A DNA stretch of 64,000 nt from Stegostoma tigrinum (lineage: Eukaryota). Within the stretch, counting starts at the first letter, position 1. Each line of letters starts with the position of its first letter. Shown piece after piece: positions 48,974 through 62,814 of this stretch. The stretch is taken from contig NC_081374.1 of the NCBI RefSeq assembly GCF_030684315.1, forward strand, positions 34,508,630-34,572,629. Direction: 5' to 3'. The notes under the pieces were generated by a model, which saw only the letters and a list, made by a program, of their open reading frames with translations, searched no databases and had not been told where the DNA came from. The position numbers and the translations under genes were made by a program.

Positions 48974-49448
48974 GAGACAGCAAGAACATTTCAACGCCCC
49001 ACTTCCACTTGCTGAGCGACATGTCCATCCTGGGCCTCCTCCAGTGTCACAAAGACACCACCCACAAACTGGAGGAGCAACACCTCGTATTCCGCCTCAG
49101 AAGCTTACAACCCAATGGCCTAAACATGGAATTCACCAGTTTTAAAATCTCCCCACCCCCTGGCTTCAACTCATAATTAACCCTGCCTCCTTGACCTGAC
49201 ACAACCTGTCCACCTTCTCTCCCACCAATCCGCTCCTCCCAGCTAACTTACCAATCCCCATCACTCCCTACCTACACTCACCTATCACCATCTCACCTAT
49301 CTCCCCCAGCCCCACTCATCCTCTATTTATTCTGGAGCTTCCTTCCCCCTCCCCCATTTCTGATGAAGGGCCCAGACCCAAAACGTCAGCTTTCCTCTTC
49401 CTCCAAAGCTGCCTGGCCTGCTGTGTTTCTCCAGCTCCACACTGTGTT
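48974..49448 (+). mobile_element. Collapsed PLE insertion: inverted tail stub + tail-less arm with GIY-YIG C-terminal remnant; 15-bp TSD
   Basis: AGCCATTACCACTAA (48959-48973) and AGCCATTACCGCTAA (49449-49463). gacatgtccatcctgggcctcctccagtg is homologous to 20468. Hammerhead reads CTGATGAagggcccagacccAAAAcgtc. Confidence 0.8.
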
Positions 49449-50117
49449 AGCCATTACCGCTAATACTTGAGCTGTGAATATAAACCTTGTTTTCCAATTA
49501 GTATTGTGCAACTTATGCATGTTAACTTTGCTGACCCAGTGAAATTGCATTTCACTGAAATTGAATAAGTGAGCTGCCAGTACTAATTACCTCCTAATCA
49601 GCAGCTGAGCAATTCACAGGTCAGGAAATCTGTCCTCATGACGTAGGTAGGGCCCTGGGAGTGGACTTTAATTAAAGATAGCCTGCAGCCTTTTGAAAAG
49701 GAAGAACTGCATTTCAACAGTAGTCAATGGAGAGTGAGTTTGATAGTCAACAGGCAATGTGATATCATGCAGCGTCCCTGAAATCTCTCAAGCAGCCACA
49801 GACATATTGTTAGGGCAGATGATTGAGTTACTCTGAGTCGGTCCATTCCCCCCGTAACCTTGAATAGTTCTTGGGCATCTTGTTGAATTAGCCATTAGTC
49901 AGTTCCAAATCTCACAGAGCTAACTGCGCCGTTGAAGAAACTTAATAAACTGACATCTCTCAGGATGACTGGCAATGGCTAAATATGCATTCTTTAACCA
50001 GTAGAGTGCTAGTGTGAGAAAGCCAGCTGAATCACCCTATCTCAGCAGATGGCCAGCATGTGAATCAGCAGCTGGGCTGTCAGGCATGCAGTCCTTAAGA
50101 TAACTGCCCTTGAGCAT

Positions 50118-50935
50118 TCACAGAATCATAGAGTCATAGAGATATCCAGCACAAAAACAGACCCTTTGGTCCAACTCATCCGTGCCAACCATATATCCCA
50201 TATAAATCTGGTACCATTTGCCAGCATTTGGCCCATATCCCTCTAAACCCTTCCTATTCATACACTCATCCAGATGCCTTTTAAATGTAATTGTACCAGT
50301 CTTCACCACTTCCTCTGGCAGCTCATTCCATACATCAACCACCCTCTGCTTGAAAAAGTTGCCCCTCTCACCTTAAACCTATGCCCTCTAGTTTTGGAGT
50401 ACCCAAACTCAGAAAAAAGACTTTGTCTATTTACCCTATCTTTGCCCCTCAGGATTTTATAAACCTCTATTAGGTTTCCCCTCAGCCTCCAATGCTCTGG
50501 GGAAGATAGCCCCAGCCTATTCAGCCTCTCTATAGCTCAAAACCACCAACCCAGCAAAATCCTTGTAAATCTTATCTGAACCCTTTCTATTTACACAACA
50601 TCCTTCCTATAGGAGGGAGGCCAGAATTGCACGCAATACTCTCAAAGTGGTTAATCCAATGTCCCGTACAGTCGCAACATGACCTCCCGACTCCTATACT
50701 CGATACACTGGCCAATAAAGGCAAGCATACCAAACACCGTCTTCATATCCTAAACACGCGCGACTCCACTATCAAAGAACTATGAACCTGTACCCCAAGG
50801 TCTGTTTGTTCAACAACACTCCCAAAGATCTTACCATTAAATGTATAAGTCCTGCCCTGATTTGCCTTTTCAAAATGCAGCATCTCACGTTTATCTGAAT
50901 TAAACTGCATCTGCCACTCCTCGGCATTCCATAAA
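50118..50935 (-). mobile_element. CR1 LINE 3' fragment
   Basis: WQMQFNSDKREMLHFEKAN, DLGVQVHSSL and VWNELPEEVV...FKRHLD. Confidence 0.9.
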
Positions 50936-51729
50936 CTCTTGTCTGAGATACTGCAGCCACCCACCTCCGATGCTGCAGAAGCTGAAAGATTTGAAATTGT
51001 ACCTCGAACCACCAAATCTCGATCATTAATATGGATGAAGAATGACAGTTTTCCTAATGACTATCCTTGGGGAAGTCCATAACAGAGCATCCTGTGTTCC
51101 ATAAGTTCACCACTACGTGTTATTTTTAGAGAGCCAAATGTGTATCCATGCTGCCATTATCCCTTTCATTCTATTTGCCTTAAGTACATTAAAGTTAAAA
51201 CTTCAAAAACCTTTTTCATATAGGTTTTGGCACTTCATTTACGTCACATCATCTGCATTACCCACATCAATCTTCTCTGATACTTCATCAACACCTTAAG
51301 CAAGTTAGCTCAAAACAATTTACATTTAAAAAGATTTTCCTTAATTGATCCTCTTATGTCACCCCAGATTATCTAAAAGTTACACAGTGGCATAGAAATT
51401 CAATTCTGCTGTGATCTACAGCTCCAGGTGTGGGTGACAATTTCCCTAGTCTTGTAAAGTCATCTCATGAACTGTACTTCACTCTTCTGAAAATAGCTGG
51501 AACTCCTTTTGTACACTGTTTCTCAGTAATCTGGATGTGTTGCTGAAGCCCCTGGTTCCCATCTTCATACACTGCTTGTTTACTCACTGTTGAAGCCCCT
51601 GAGCCTCATGTCTCTGATTCTGCTGCTATGGCTCTTCCGTTCTCTTCATCCTTCAGCTTCTTAGCTTTATCAATGTGAAGATAATGCCTGGGCCCAGCAG
51701 TTAAAACATCTGACATGAAATTCTGATCT

Positions 51730-53510
51730 ATAGAATGTAGAACATTACAGCACAGTACAGGCCCTTCAGCCCTCGATGTTGTGCCGACCTGTCATACCAA
51801 TCTGAAGCCCATCTAACCTACACTATTCTGTGTACGTCCATATGCTTATCCAATGACGACTTAAATGTACTTAAAGTTGGCAAATCTACTACCATTGCAG
51901 GCAAAGAATTCCATTCCTTTACTACTCTCTCAGTAAAGAAACTACCTCTGACATCTGTCCTATATCTTTCACCCCTCAATTTAAAGCAATGCCCCCTCGT
52001 GCTCTCCGTCACCATCCTAGGAAAAAGGCTCTCCCTATCCACTCTATCTAACCCTCTGATTATTTTATATGTCATTAATTAAGTCACCTCTCAACCTTCT
52101 TCTCTCTAACGAAAACAGTCTGAAGTCCCTCAGCCTTTCCTCGTAAGACCTTCCCTCCATACCAGGCAACATCCCAGTAAATCTCCTCTGCACCCTCTCC
52201 AAATCTTCCACATCCTCCTTATAATGCGGTGACCAGAACTGTACGTAATACTCCAAGTGCAGAAGCACCAGAGCTTTGTATAGCTGCAGCATAACCTCTT
52301 GGTTCCAGAACTCGATCTCTCTATTAATAAAAACTAAAACACTGTATGCTTTCTTAACAGCCCTGTCAACCTGGGTGGCAACTTTCAAGGATCTGTGTAC
52401 ATGGACACAGAGATCTCTCTGCTCATCTACACGACCAAGAATCTTACCATTAGCCCTGTACTTTGCCTGGGTTACTCCTACCAAAGTGCATCACCTCACA
52501 CTTGTCCGCATTCAACTTCATTTGCCACCTCTCAGCCCAGCTCTGCAGCTTATCTATGTCTCTCTGCAACCTACAGCATCCTTCGTCACTATCCACAACT
52601 CCACCGACCTTAGTGTCGTCTGCAAATTTACTAACCCATCCTTCTACGCCCTCATCCAGGTCATTTATAAAAATGACAAACAGCAGTGGACCCAACACCG
52701 AGCCTTGTGGTACACCACTAGTAACTGGTCTCCAGGATGAACATTTCCCATCAACTACCACCCTCTGTCTTCTTTCAGCAAGCCAATTTCTGATCCAAAC
52801 TGCTATATCTCCCACAATCCCATTCCTCCGCATTTTGTACAATAGCCTACTGTGGGGAACCTTATCGAATGCCTTGCTGGAATCCATATACACCACATCA
52901 ACCGGTTTATTCTCATCTACCTGTTTGGTCACCTTCTCAAAGGACTCAATAAGGTTTGTGAGGCACGACCTACCCTTCACAAAACCGTGCAGACTATCCC
53001 TAATCAAATTATTCTTTTCTAGATGATTACAAATCCTATCTCTTATAACCTTTTCCAACACTTTACCAACAACTGAGGTAAGGCTCACTGGTCTATAATT
53101 ACTAAGGTTGTCTCTACTCCTCTTCTTGAACAGGGGAACCACATTTGCTATCCTCCAGTCATCTGGCACTATTCCTGTAGACAATGACGAGTTAAAGATC
53201 AATGCCAAAGGCTCGGCAATCTCCTCCCTGGCTTCCAAAAGGATCCTAGGATAAATCCCGGGGACTTACCTATCTTCACACTCTGTAGGATTTCTAAACC
53301 TCTTCCTTGTGAACCTCAATCCCACCAAGTCTAGTAACCTGTATCTCAGTATTCTCCTCGACAACATTGTCGTTTTCTAGAGTGAACACTGTCGAAAAAT
53401 ATTCATTTAGTGCTTCCCCTATCTCCTCTGATTCCACACACAACTTCCCGCTACTATCCTTGATTGGCCCTAACCTTACTTTCGTCATTCTTTTATTCCT
53501 TAAATACCTA
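51730..53510 (-). mobile_element. 5'-truncated CR1 LINE with the RT domain of ORF2 (frameshifted)
   Basis: [55 protein letters not shown] and KFADDTK. ORF2 is split over 53488-53294, 53238-52450, 52484-52065 and 52075-51818. Confidence 0.95.
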
Positions 53511-55404
53511 TAGACTACCTGTGAAGCAAGAGCAGGAATGAGATGTACGTTTTATGTTTGGCTGTGAAAGCAATGCAAGAAAATCCAAGTAAGCACTTTT
53601 TCCGCCCAATAACCAACCATTACAACTTGCAGTGTAAACTTGTTCATATCGTAATTTTGGCCTTATATCAGCCTGCTTTAGCGTTGGGTGAAAGTCTGGC
53701 CTGCCATCACCTGTATGTGAAGTGAAAACTGTATCACCCATAACTGAATCACTTCTATCCTAATGCTGACTCATGCAAGATAGCTGTGCACATTATCTTA
53801 ACATTGTTTTGCCTGGATGTGTCAAATAGCACAATGTAAATTTATTTGCCCTTCATTGCCCGCTGCAATGCAGTACTGACGTGTTGAAAGCTTCAGTCTG
53901 AATAATTGATTCATCCCAAAGCTGTTAACTCTCCTATGCATGGGTCAGTGCTGATGAATCATATCAGCCCTGCCTATAAAAGATGAACAATGGGAATGAT
54001 TTAGAACTAGCTGTTTGTAACTTTTAGATCTTAAATGCCTTTAATGTGCAGTGATTCTATGCCTTCAAGGCAAGGGCCTTAAGGAATTGCTTGTGCAATA
54101 GCTTTTGGCACTTTTAGTTTTGGAACGTTCATTTGAGTGGAAGTTCCCCTGACCCTATGCTGTCCTTGTTTTTGTACTGTGCAAGATTAAAAACTTTCAT
54201 TTGGAAAAAGGCCGGTGGCTGTTAACTTTGATTTTCTTTCACCTTCCACCCTTCCCTGCTGACCCCATTAACTTTAACGGCCCTCTTTTGACTCTCATCC
54301 CCTCTGACTTTCTTCAAATCACCCTCCTCTCTTTGATTATTGACATGTTCACTGTGTCCCATGATATTTCTGTTACTCCCTCTGATTCCGCTCCCATCGA
54401 GATCCCATGCACATCCTTCCACTTACAGGTTCCCCATTCATTTTGACCATTTTTTCTCTCTGCCTGGTGGCACACCAATGTACTCCATTGTGTTCTCCAC
54501 TCACAATAGCACACACCCTTTTAGGCTGAAGCCTGTTTAGCTTGATCTTCCATTTTAAGTTATCCTCCCTTTCATATCGAGCCCCATTTCTCTGGTCTGG
54601 TCCCATCTGCTAGAATCAGCCAGTATGGCTGCTTCGCTGGGGTAGGGCAATGGATCCATTCAGCCTGCGTCCCTAACATTATAGGCATCTCAGTTCGTGT
54701 TGGCTGGGTACGTATGAACATGGAAAGACTTCAGGCCTAACTCTGCAAGAGTTTGTGCAAAGAGGCAGATTTTTCTTTTCTGAGGAATTAGTGACAAAGT
54801 TTTTACTGACCAGAGGTTGGAGCAAGTAGTCAACACTTGCCTCCTCCATACAGTTGGGCTAGTGAACAGACAACTTTCCCATTTCTGGCTAACACAATCA
54901 CACTGCTCAATGTAATTGCAGCAAGCTGGGGGCGTTAATGTCAATGCTCGACAGACTAATGAATGCCAGTAAAGGTCCCCACTGAATGCAGTTAGAAAAC
55001 ACAACCCTCCTGGAATGTTTTGAGAACGTCATGAGAGCATGTTTTTAGGAAACAGAAATTTTGCCTTCTCCCCATTTTAGGATCCCTGGCCTCACATTGT
55101 GAATGCACTGGGCAGGCTTAGGAAATCACACCCAAAGAATTCTACTTGAGCATTCAGAGAGAGCAGGTATATCTATCATTTCCCTAAGATACTAGCATTT
55201 ACAACTAAGGTGCATTTAATATTATCATGCAACAAACCTTCCTTCTAAGAAAAATGATTCTTCCTTGGATACTCTACAATGGTATATCCTTTACTACAAG
55301 TCACTTGAAAGCCCAAGACAAAGCAAAGACAATGAATGATTTATAGCTGAGACCTAAATCAAAAAAACTTTATTGTGGTGGTAAGGTAGAACATGCCACA
55401 AGGT

Positions 55405-55634
55405 AATAAAATGTGAGGCTGGATGAACACAGCAGGCCAAGCAGCATCCCAGGAGCACAAAAGCTGATGTTTCGGGCCTAGACCCTTCATCAGAGACTGC
55501 TCTCTGATGAAGGGTCTAGGCCCGAAACATCAGCTTTTGTACTCCTGAGATGCTGCTTGGCCTGCTGTGTTCATCCAGCCTCACATTTTATTATCTTGGA
55601 TTCTCCAGCATCTGCAGTTCCCATTATCACTCAC
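55405..55634 (+). mobile_element. Fold-back PLE mini-element, ~93-bp arms, 4-nt loop, tail, 14-bp TSD
   Basis: 55404-55496 and 55501-55593 are inverted around ctgc. ACATGCCACAAGGT (55391-55404) and ACATACCACAAGGT (55635-55648). Both hammerhead copies read GAAACATC. Confidence 0.92.
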
Positions 55635-58600
55635 ACATACCACAAGGTGTCAGGAGTGGTGATCAACTGAGAAAATACCACAGTCCTAGTAAATGTTTGT
55701 CCAAACATTATTAAAATACCAGATCTGATTACCATAATGTAGATGTTTCGGGACATCCTGATGCTGTGAAAACGACTGTATAAATGCAAATTCCTTTTTT
55801 ATACTTTTTCACCTTAATTCCCCAATAACCAATCATTGCAGTTTGCAGCATAAATTCATTTGCATAGCTGTTCATTCTAACATGTAGTGTGCAAATAGCC
55901 TTGGTATTTGCATTAATCACACTAGTGACCATTCATCAAAAGTACGTCATTGACACTAAAATGCTTCAGGGCGTCCTGAGGCTGAGAAAGCAAATGTGCA
56001 AGAGTTTAAATATTTTTATATTTTAATTCCCCAACAACCAATCATTACAGTCTGCAGTAGAAACTTGTTCTCAGAGCTAGGTGCAACAACTTGAATCTAT
56101 TCCTCCGTTGGGCAATTAAGAAAAAGCCAGCAACCACCTGATGTGCAATTGCTTGATGCCAGAAACAGGATCTGAACTTTATAAATATGAACAGGAAATA
56201 AATTTGACTTCCAGGGTTCCTCAACAAAATGCATGGACATAATAATGAATTATGCAGATATTTTTGTAGTAATTATGCTGAACACCTTCAGCGATGGTTG
56301 GAATGATAGCTGAATTTAACTCTTGAAAGAAATGCTTGAGAATTTTGCTTTTAGGTTTAGGTAAACTAACCTCAGTCACGCTGAAATCTTAATGGAGAAA
56401 TTTAAATCAGCATAGTTTAATAGTATTTCTAAATTATAGTGGTGACATTCTAAGTAGACTCCTTTCTCAATTATGATTATGTTTTGCAAACCATAGCAAA
56501 TCACTGCAGCACTTTATCCTCAAGCTTGAACCAGTCCAAACAAATTCAATGGACCAACCCTCGGAATTGAAGATTAATGAAAAGTCAGACACACAGCCAT
56601 AGTGTTTTAGAAATCTCTAATTGTCAAGAGAAAATAAGCACAAGTTTATTCACATTTTCTAAAATATTGATCAACCAAAACAAAAAAAATCCTGACTGTC
56701 ACCCTAGGACATTAACAGAAAGCAAATACTTCAGTTTTTCATCTGTAAATAGTGGCTAGTAAGTATGCTTGCGCTTGTTAGGAAAATCAGTTCAAGGGAT
56801 CACCCACAACAAATATTGTATACACTTGTGGAGCCAAGAGAAACAGGAATCACCTTTCTAACATCTGACTCTGCATTAAACCCAGTTAACCATTATTCTG
56901 TACCCAATGTCAATGTCCACGGTCTCCCTCATCCCCATTGCCAGGCTATGGCCCCTGACGTGCACATTTCCAGGAACTCCACACAGCTATCTCTATATTT
57001 GTAGGTATCTTAATTCTGAGTTCCCTAGATTGTCTTGAAGCCTCAAGAAACCAGCTCCATTCAGTTAACACAGGTTGCATGATTCCTATCTCCCTTCATG
57101 GATCCTGTTCTCTTGGACTCCATGTCCCTGAACCTATCTTCATTATCATTTTGTTCCTTTAGCACCAAGCACTGCACTGTGTGGTTACTCCCTGTGTTGC
57201 CTCATTGAAAACTAACATGCTATTGTATGGTGCAAACTGCACCCCCAGCCACCCCCAACTGTAGTACTTGCAGAGTGTGATTAAAGTCACCTTTTGATTT
57301 CTACAGGTCTGAAAGGGATAATACAGAGATTTGCCATAAACACCACCCAACATGATGATGTCATGTGGGCTTCTGGAAGCAACAACTTTGAATCTCAAAG
57401 GAGTGAAACCCAACATCCGGATCCTCCTCATAGTCTCTGGGACAGTGTCCATTATGCCGATGTTTATTGCTAAAATGCAATAAACCACTTTGTACTGAAG
57501 ACAAGAGCCTTTTCTTGTTAGATCACTAGGTGAATTTCTTCTAGCACCCAAGACCAAGCAGTCTTTGTGAATCCCTACGGAGGATGTTGGCAGCAAACAT
57601 CCCATAGGGTGAACTGCACTTCTACTTTAGCTGCACATACAGCACCATTGAGAAGGATGATGGTGCCCTAACAGATGGACATACCCATCATTCACCTGCT
57701 GCGTTATCATTCATAAATCATTCCGTCCTGATTTCTTCCCTCTTGGGAATTTTCTCTTTCTTAATCCCTATCCAAAGTCATTACATAATGCACCATGTTT
57801 GATTGTTATCAATATCTGACTCTAATTAGATTTCTACTAAATACAGTATTCAATTACAAAGCATTTCCATGTGTTATGATATGTGAATTTCATCTTGTGC
57901 AATAAAACATTGTAATTAACAGACAACACTACGTCCTTGGTGCTCCTTCATAACATTTAACTGAATACATTGCCTAATTCAGCTTCATATTCCTCAGCTA
58001 CATGATGAAAGATATTTTATGATGGGGAAAATTCATGTCTCAGTTTTCTCAACGTTGCATTGATGAATTACTATCATTAGCTTTGTTGCAAACTGCCACT
58101 ATTTTACCTAAAAGAAACAAAGCTGACTGAGCATAAGTTAATTTTCTTGACGTGTGAAATAAACTATTTCAGAGCGCAATCCAGTCACCATCTATGGAGA
58201 TATTATGCAGTGGAATCATAAAGTGGTATTTCTGTTCTTCACTGACAGAATTGGCCATTCTGCAAAGGAGCCAAAACAATCTGCTTTTCGAACACTTCCC
58301 ACTGATTGATTGGGTGAGGAATATTCTATCACCTTTGGAAGAATTCAGAGAGCCAAATATTTACACAAAATGTTTGCCTTGATTGTGAACTAATTGACAT
58401 TTGTTTCACAAATACTGTTGTGTTTTTCAATTGAATTTCCATTTCAATTTTAAAGTTTACATTGGGATAGAGGGTGGAATTAGCTGATATGTACAGTATT
58501 GAAAATTAAGACAGGTATTCATAAGTGATAAATTGTTGTAAAGCTTCTGAATTATATTAGGAATATTACCTAGAACTGACAATGATGGATTACCTACAAA

Positions 58601-58714
58601 TGCTGACCCATCCAGCAGTACACAAATTCCGTGAACTGAAAACTAAAAGAGAATTCAGATGTAAGGGCAGAATATTATCCGATAATGTGCCAGATCTTTA
58701 GTTTACTGTAAAAC

Positions 58715-58935
58715 AAAACAAATAAATGTGTATTCTGGAGCTCTAAAACACACACAAATGGAAATTGCTGGAGAAACTCAGCAGATCTGGCAGCATCTGT
58801 GGGGAGAAAGCAGAGTTAACATCTTGAGTGCAATGACCATTCCTCATAAGAGTTCTGTGGAAGGGTCACTCAACATGAAGCGTTAACTCTGTTTTCTCTT
58901 CACAGATGCTGCCAGATTGCAATTTTTTGGTTTGG
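58715..58935 (-). mobile_element. Old fold-back family-B PLE mini-element
   Basis: tctggcagcatctgtggggagaaagcagagttaac...cattcctca / gagttctgtggaagggtcactc...gttaactctgttttctcttcacagatgctgccaga. Confidence 0.78.
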
Positions 58936-58959
58936 TCTCATGCTTTTACTAGATGATAA

Positions 58960-59225
58960 ATTATAGCTTTAAATTGAGGGGTGAAAGATATAGGACAGAT
59001 GTCAGAGGTAGTTTCTTTACTCAGAGAGTAGTAAGGGTATGGAACGCTTTGCCTGCAACGGTAGTAGTTTCACCAACTTTAGGTACATTCAAGGCGTCAT
59101 TGGACAAGCATATGGACGTACATGGAATAGTGTGGGTTAGATGGGCTTGAGATCGGTATGACAGGTCGGCACAACATCGAGGGCCCAAGGGCCTGTACTG
59201 TGCTGTAATGTTCTATGTTCTATGT
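58960..59225 (+). mobile_element. CR1 3' fragment (same subfamily as 51730)
   Basis: [29 protein letters not shown]; tail tgttctatgttctatg. Confidence 0.9.
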
Positions 59226-59274
59226 TTAAGAGATGGGAGCACATCTTGGAATGCTGCACTGCTCATCTACTTAT

Positions 59275-59685
59275 TTAGAAGAACAAGGGCAAATCATACA
59301 GAAACATTTATAACTACGAAGGGAATAGATATGATGGAAGAAAGGAGAATGTATCCACTGGCAGGTGAAACTAGAACCAGGGGGCACAACCTCAAAATAA
59401 TAGGGAACAGATTAAGGACTGAACTGAGAAGGACGGTCTTCACCCAAATTCTTGTGAATCTTTGGGATTCCCTGCCCAGTGAAGTGGTTGAGGCTGCCTC
59501 GTTGAATGTTTTTAAGGCAAAGAGAGATAGATTTTTGAACAGCAAAGGAATTAAGGGTTATGATGAGTGGGTGGGTACGTGGAGTTGAGTTCTCGAAATA
59601 TCAGCCACGATCTTATTGAACGGCGCAGCAGGCTTGAGGGGACAGATGGCCTACTCCTGCTCCCAGTTCTTATGCTCTTATGTTC
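59275..59685 (+). mobile_element. CR1 3' fragment (different subfamily)
   Basis: TRTRGHNLKI...RTELRRTVFTQILVNLWDSLP; tail tcttatgctcttatgttct. Confidence 0.85.
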
Positions 59686-60727
59686 TGCTGCATCGGGTGG
59701 ATTCCTCCTAGGTTATTTCTGACGCATGCATTTGGGGGCAAGCCAGACTTGAGAATTTGACAAGAAATGCTGGCAAAAGGTAAACTGAGAATTCTAAAGC
59801 AGGCTACAATCGGTTAAAAACTGTTCCGACAGTAATCTGAATACGTGGGTCTACATCTGAGTCTGCTAATCCTCTTCCTTTCACTACCAAACTAGAGTAA
59901 GAAGATAAACTTCAGCACATGCTGCTGTATTTCAGGACCTAGAAGATCACAAAGGCACTTTTGATAGAGACTTTGGTGAGGAAAATGAAGGGCAGGGGCT
60001 TTGGTAAGTGAATAGGGAAGGTGTAGGGAGGTTTGTGTCATGCCTGGATGGGCTGGGGCTGAGTGCCAACTCCAGAAAGTTGGATTTATCTGGTTTGGGA
60101 AGGGTGATTGTTAGCTTCATCTGCATAGTGGGGCCGTGCCAGTAGCAGTGTGACACAGGGATATAGTTGTAGGGTGCCAGTGATGAATTAGCAGTGTCAA
60201 TTTAATGGCTACCCAGGAGTCAGAGTGCTAACGTTTAACATTAATGTTTTACCTATCTTGCTTTTGTCGGTTAGAACAATCCGAAATTTCCAAATTTAAA
60301 GGGCTTTATTGAAAGGTTTGACATGCAGAGAATTAGAAAGTTAGACCATTAGAAAAATCAATCTTTCAAGCAACTGAAATGGAATCAAATGCCTTGGGGA
60401 TTCCATATGGTCTCAAAGTGCAACTTTAGTCTGCTATTCTCCAACAATTCTCTGGCTATCAGAATACCTGGGTGATAGTATCTTTCAAAACTTCAAAATG
60501 TCCCATATAGTTTTATCATCAATTAACTACTTCTTTTAAAGAAAATAGACGCTGTTGCAACGCCTAAACCGCGCCAGCCAATTTTTGCATTGCAAACCGA
60601 CAGCTACCAACTAAGTTATATTTGTGATGTTAAGCAACAAATGATTTGCATGTCATAGAGGAGAAGTCTTTGCATGTTTTTCAAAAATAGTACAATAGGA
60701 TCTTTAATATCCATCTGAGAGGGCAAA

Positions 60728-60971
60728 TGGAATATAACTCTAGTGATCGGAACAAAGGCCAGGTAGCGCTTATTGACTATGAGATCCTTTATTGGGGTTG
60801 TGAACCTGGGACAACCAGGGAGCCCTGGCTGACAGATATAAACAGGAGTGTCAAAAGTTCCCCTCAGTGTAGGGACTGGCTTTGAGCTAACTAGTCAGAG
60901 TCCATGTGCTGTACACATGTAAATAAAGTGTGACTTGGTGTTAGGGTTCTAGGCTGTGTGCAGTTATTTCA
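60728..60971 (+). mobile_element. Solo-LTR-like repeat inserted in a DeuSINE remnant
   Basis: TG...CA ends with a loose inverted match (tggaatataac / gttatttca), internal gatataaa and AATAAA, and a second copy at 26530. The flanks (60660-60727 and 60972-61090) resemble the SINE at 12900. Confidence 0.55.
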
Positions 60972-61184
60972 ATACTTAAATGTCTCAGCTTGCACACAGT
61001 ATCTCTGGCAATGCAGCACTCCCTCAGTATAGCACTGGAGATTCAGTCTAGAATCCATCAACAGGTCTGTATAGTGAGGTTTGAACAACACAGATGCAAG
61101 ATGGCTGCCAGTTAAGCTGCAGTAAATACATACTAGTTCTGTTATTCCACTGCAGGACAAGTGAGGTTTAGCATTGTCCTATTG

Positions 61185-61425
61185 GTTTACTGAGATGAGG
61201 AGGAATTTCTTCAGCTGGAGGGTGGTGAATCTCTGGAGCTCATTGCAGCAGAAGGCTATAAAAGCCAAGGCACTGAGTGCACTTAAGACAGAGATAGATA
61301 GACTTTCAATTGGTACAGGGAGAAGGCAGGAGAGATGGGTTGAGAAACATATTAGCCATGATCGAATGGCAGACCAGACTTAATGGGCTGAATGGCCTAA
61401 TTGTGCTACAATATCTTATGCTCTT
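61185..61425 (+). mobile_element. CR1 3' fragment
   Basis: TEMRRNFFSWRVVNLWSSL...KTEIDR. Confidence 0.85.
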
Positions 61426-62734
61426 TTGGGTCTATTCAGTTGTGGTTAAGAACACACAATCAAGACTTATCTATGTATTACGTATTCAAATTTATATTAC
61501 AATGCCATGACATATTTTGAAAATAAAAGGAAGATCCAGAAACTAAATCCTGGACTTGCCTCTTGTACATTGCCTTTGTCCTTTGTCACCTCACTGATGA
61601 AGTGACAAACACTATACTGCGAGACTTTTTTTAAATTATAAGGCTATTTATTCAAGGCCACAAACTGAGCAATCAGGAGGGGAATTAACAGAATTGATTC
61701 CATCTGGATTAAATGTTCCCTTCCTTCCTTCTTGTTGTATGATTGACCTGGATCATAATAAGCCTAATGTCACAGCATCCGTGTATGTTATGTCGAGGCA
61801 GAAGGCATGGTGGCAACAACATCTGTGTTGAGCACTGTGCACACACATTTGGTGCAGCTCCTGAGGATAACATGGTACCGAGTTCATTAGGAGAATACGC
61901 GATATTTATGCAGACTAGACACATCATGAGATCAGTCGTGCTGCAATGTTGACTCCATTGTCAATGCTGTGAGGCTGTTGGTGATGAAATTGTAATTTGT
62001 AGCATTGACACTGTGCCTGAATTGTTCGGAACGAATCTTATAGCACTGACTCGGTTACAACTATCTGCCAACTGAAATCCCTAGGGAATGTTTACTGACA
62101 TTACAATGAATTTTATGAGAAATTCCTTTGCTGACCTCACTGATTGATGAGATGTGATACTTGACTATTAACAATGTAATTTGTCTCCAATAATGGATCA
62201 TTGCGTGGAAAGGATCATAAAACTGTTTCAACCAAACTTTGCAATGACTGATTTTGACCTTTTTTAAATTTAAATGGGAATCATTTAACACTGTAATATA
62301 CTGCCAGAGTTTGTGGCTGTTCAAGCACACACCATTCTGATCAATAGCAATTTTGATGTCCAATTACACCAAGAAACATATTCACTTACATTTTGCCCTC
62401 TGAATTCATCCAAGTCCCTCCACTGCAGTGATCAGTGGAGGGCCACGTTAAGTTATAAATTTTTCAGTTGCCCCATTGTACAGTACATTTCACAGTTCCA
62501 CAAACTAATACGGTCAAGCCCACTTCTATTTCCAGCAATGCTTGTTACCAACATACAGCCATGGGATAGTCAGCATGGGAAATGTGAAAAAGAGGAATGC
62601 AAATAGCAGGAGTGACATGTTAGAGAGTGATCATGAGCAAGATCCAGACAGCTTCCATTGAATGAAACAAGAATGTCCTTATCAATGGTTGAGGATTGGT
62701 TTTGTTTTCTGCCAAAGGTATGTGACTTACTCAA

Positions 62735-62805
62735 CTCAAAACATTAACTCTGATTTCTCTCCACAGATGTTGAGCTTTTCCAGCAATTTCTGTTTTCCAG
62801 CCTCT
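62735..62805 (+). mobile_element. Family-B PLE terminal fragment
   Basis: caaaacattaactctgatttctctccacagatg...gagcttttccagcaatttctgttt. Confidence 0.6.
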
Positions 62806-62814
62806 GCAATGAAA

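Noticed and set aside
57159-57605. 148-aa minus-strand ORF (faint integrase-like GFTP motif)
   Set aside because: Too little similarity to support either a host exon or a retroelement call.
61700-61990. Possible decayed LTR-retrotransposon integrase fragment
   Set aside because: Only vague motif resemblance; not supportable without a profile search.
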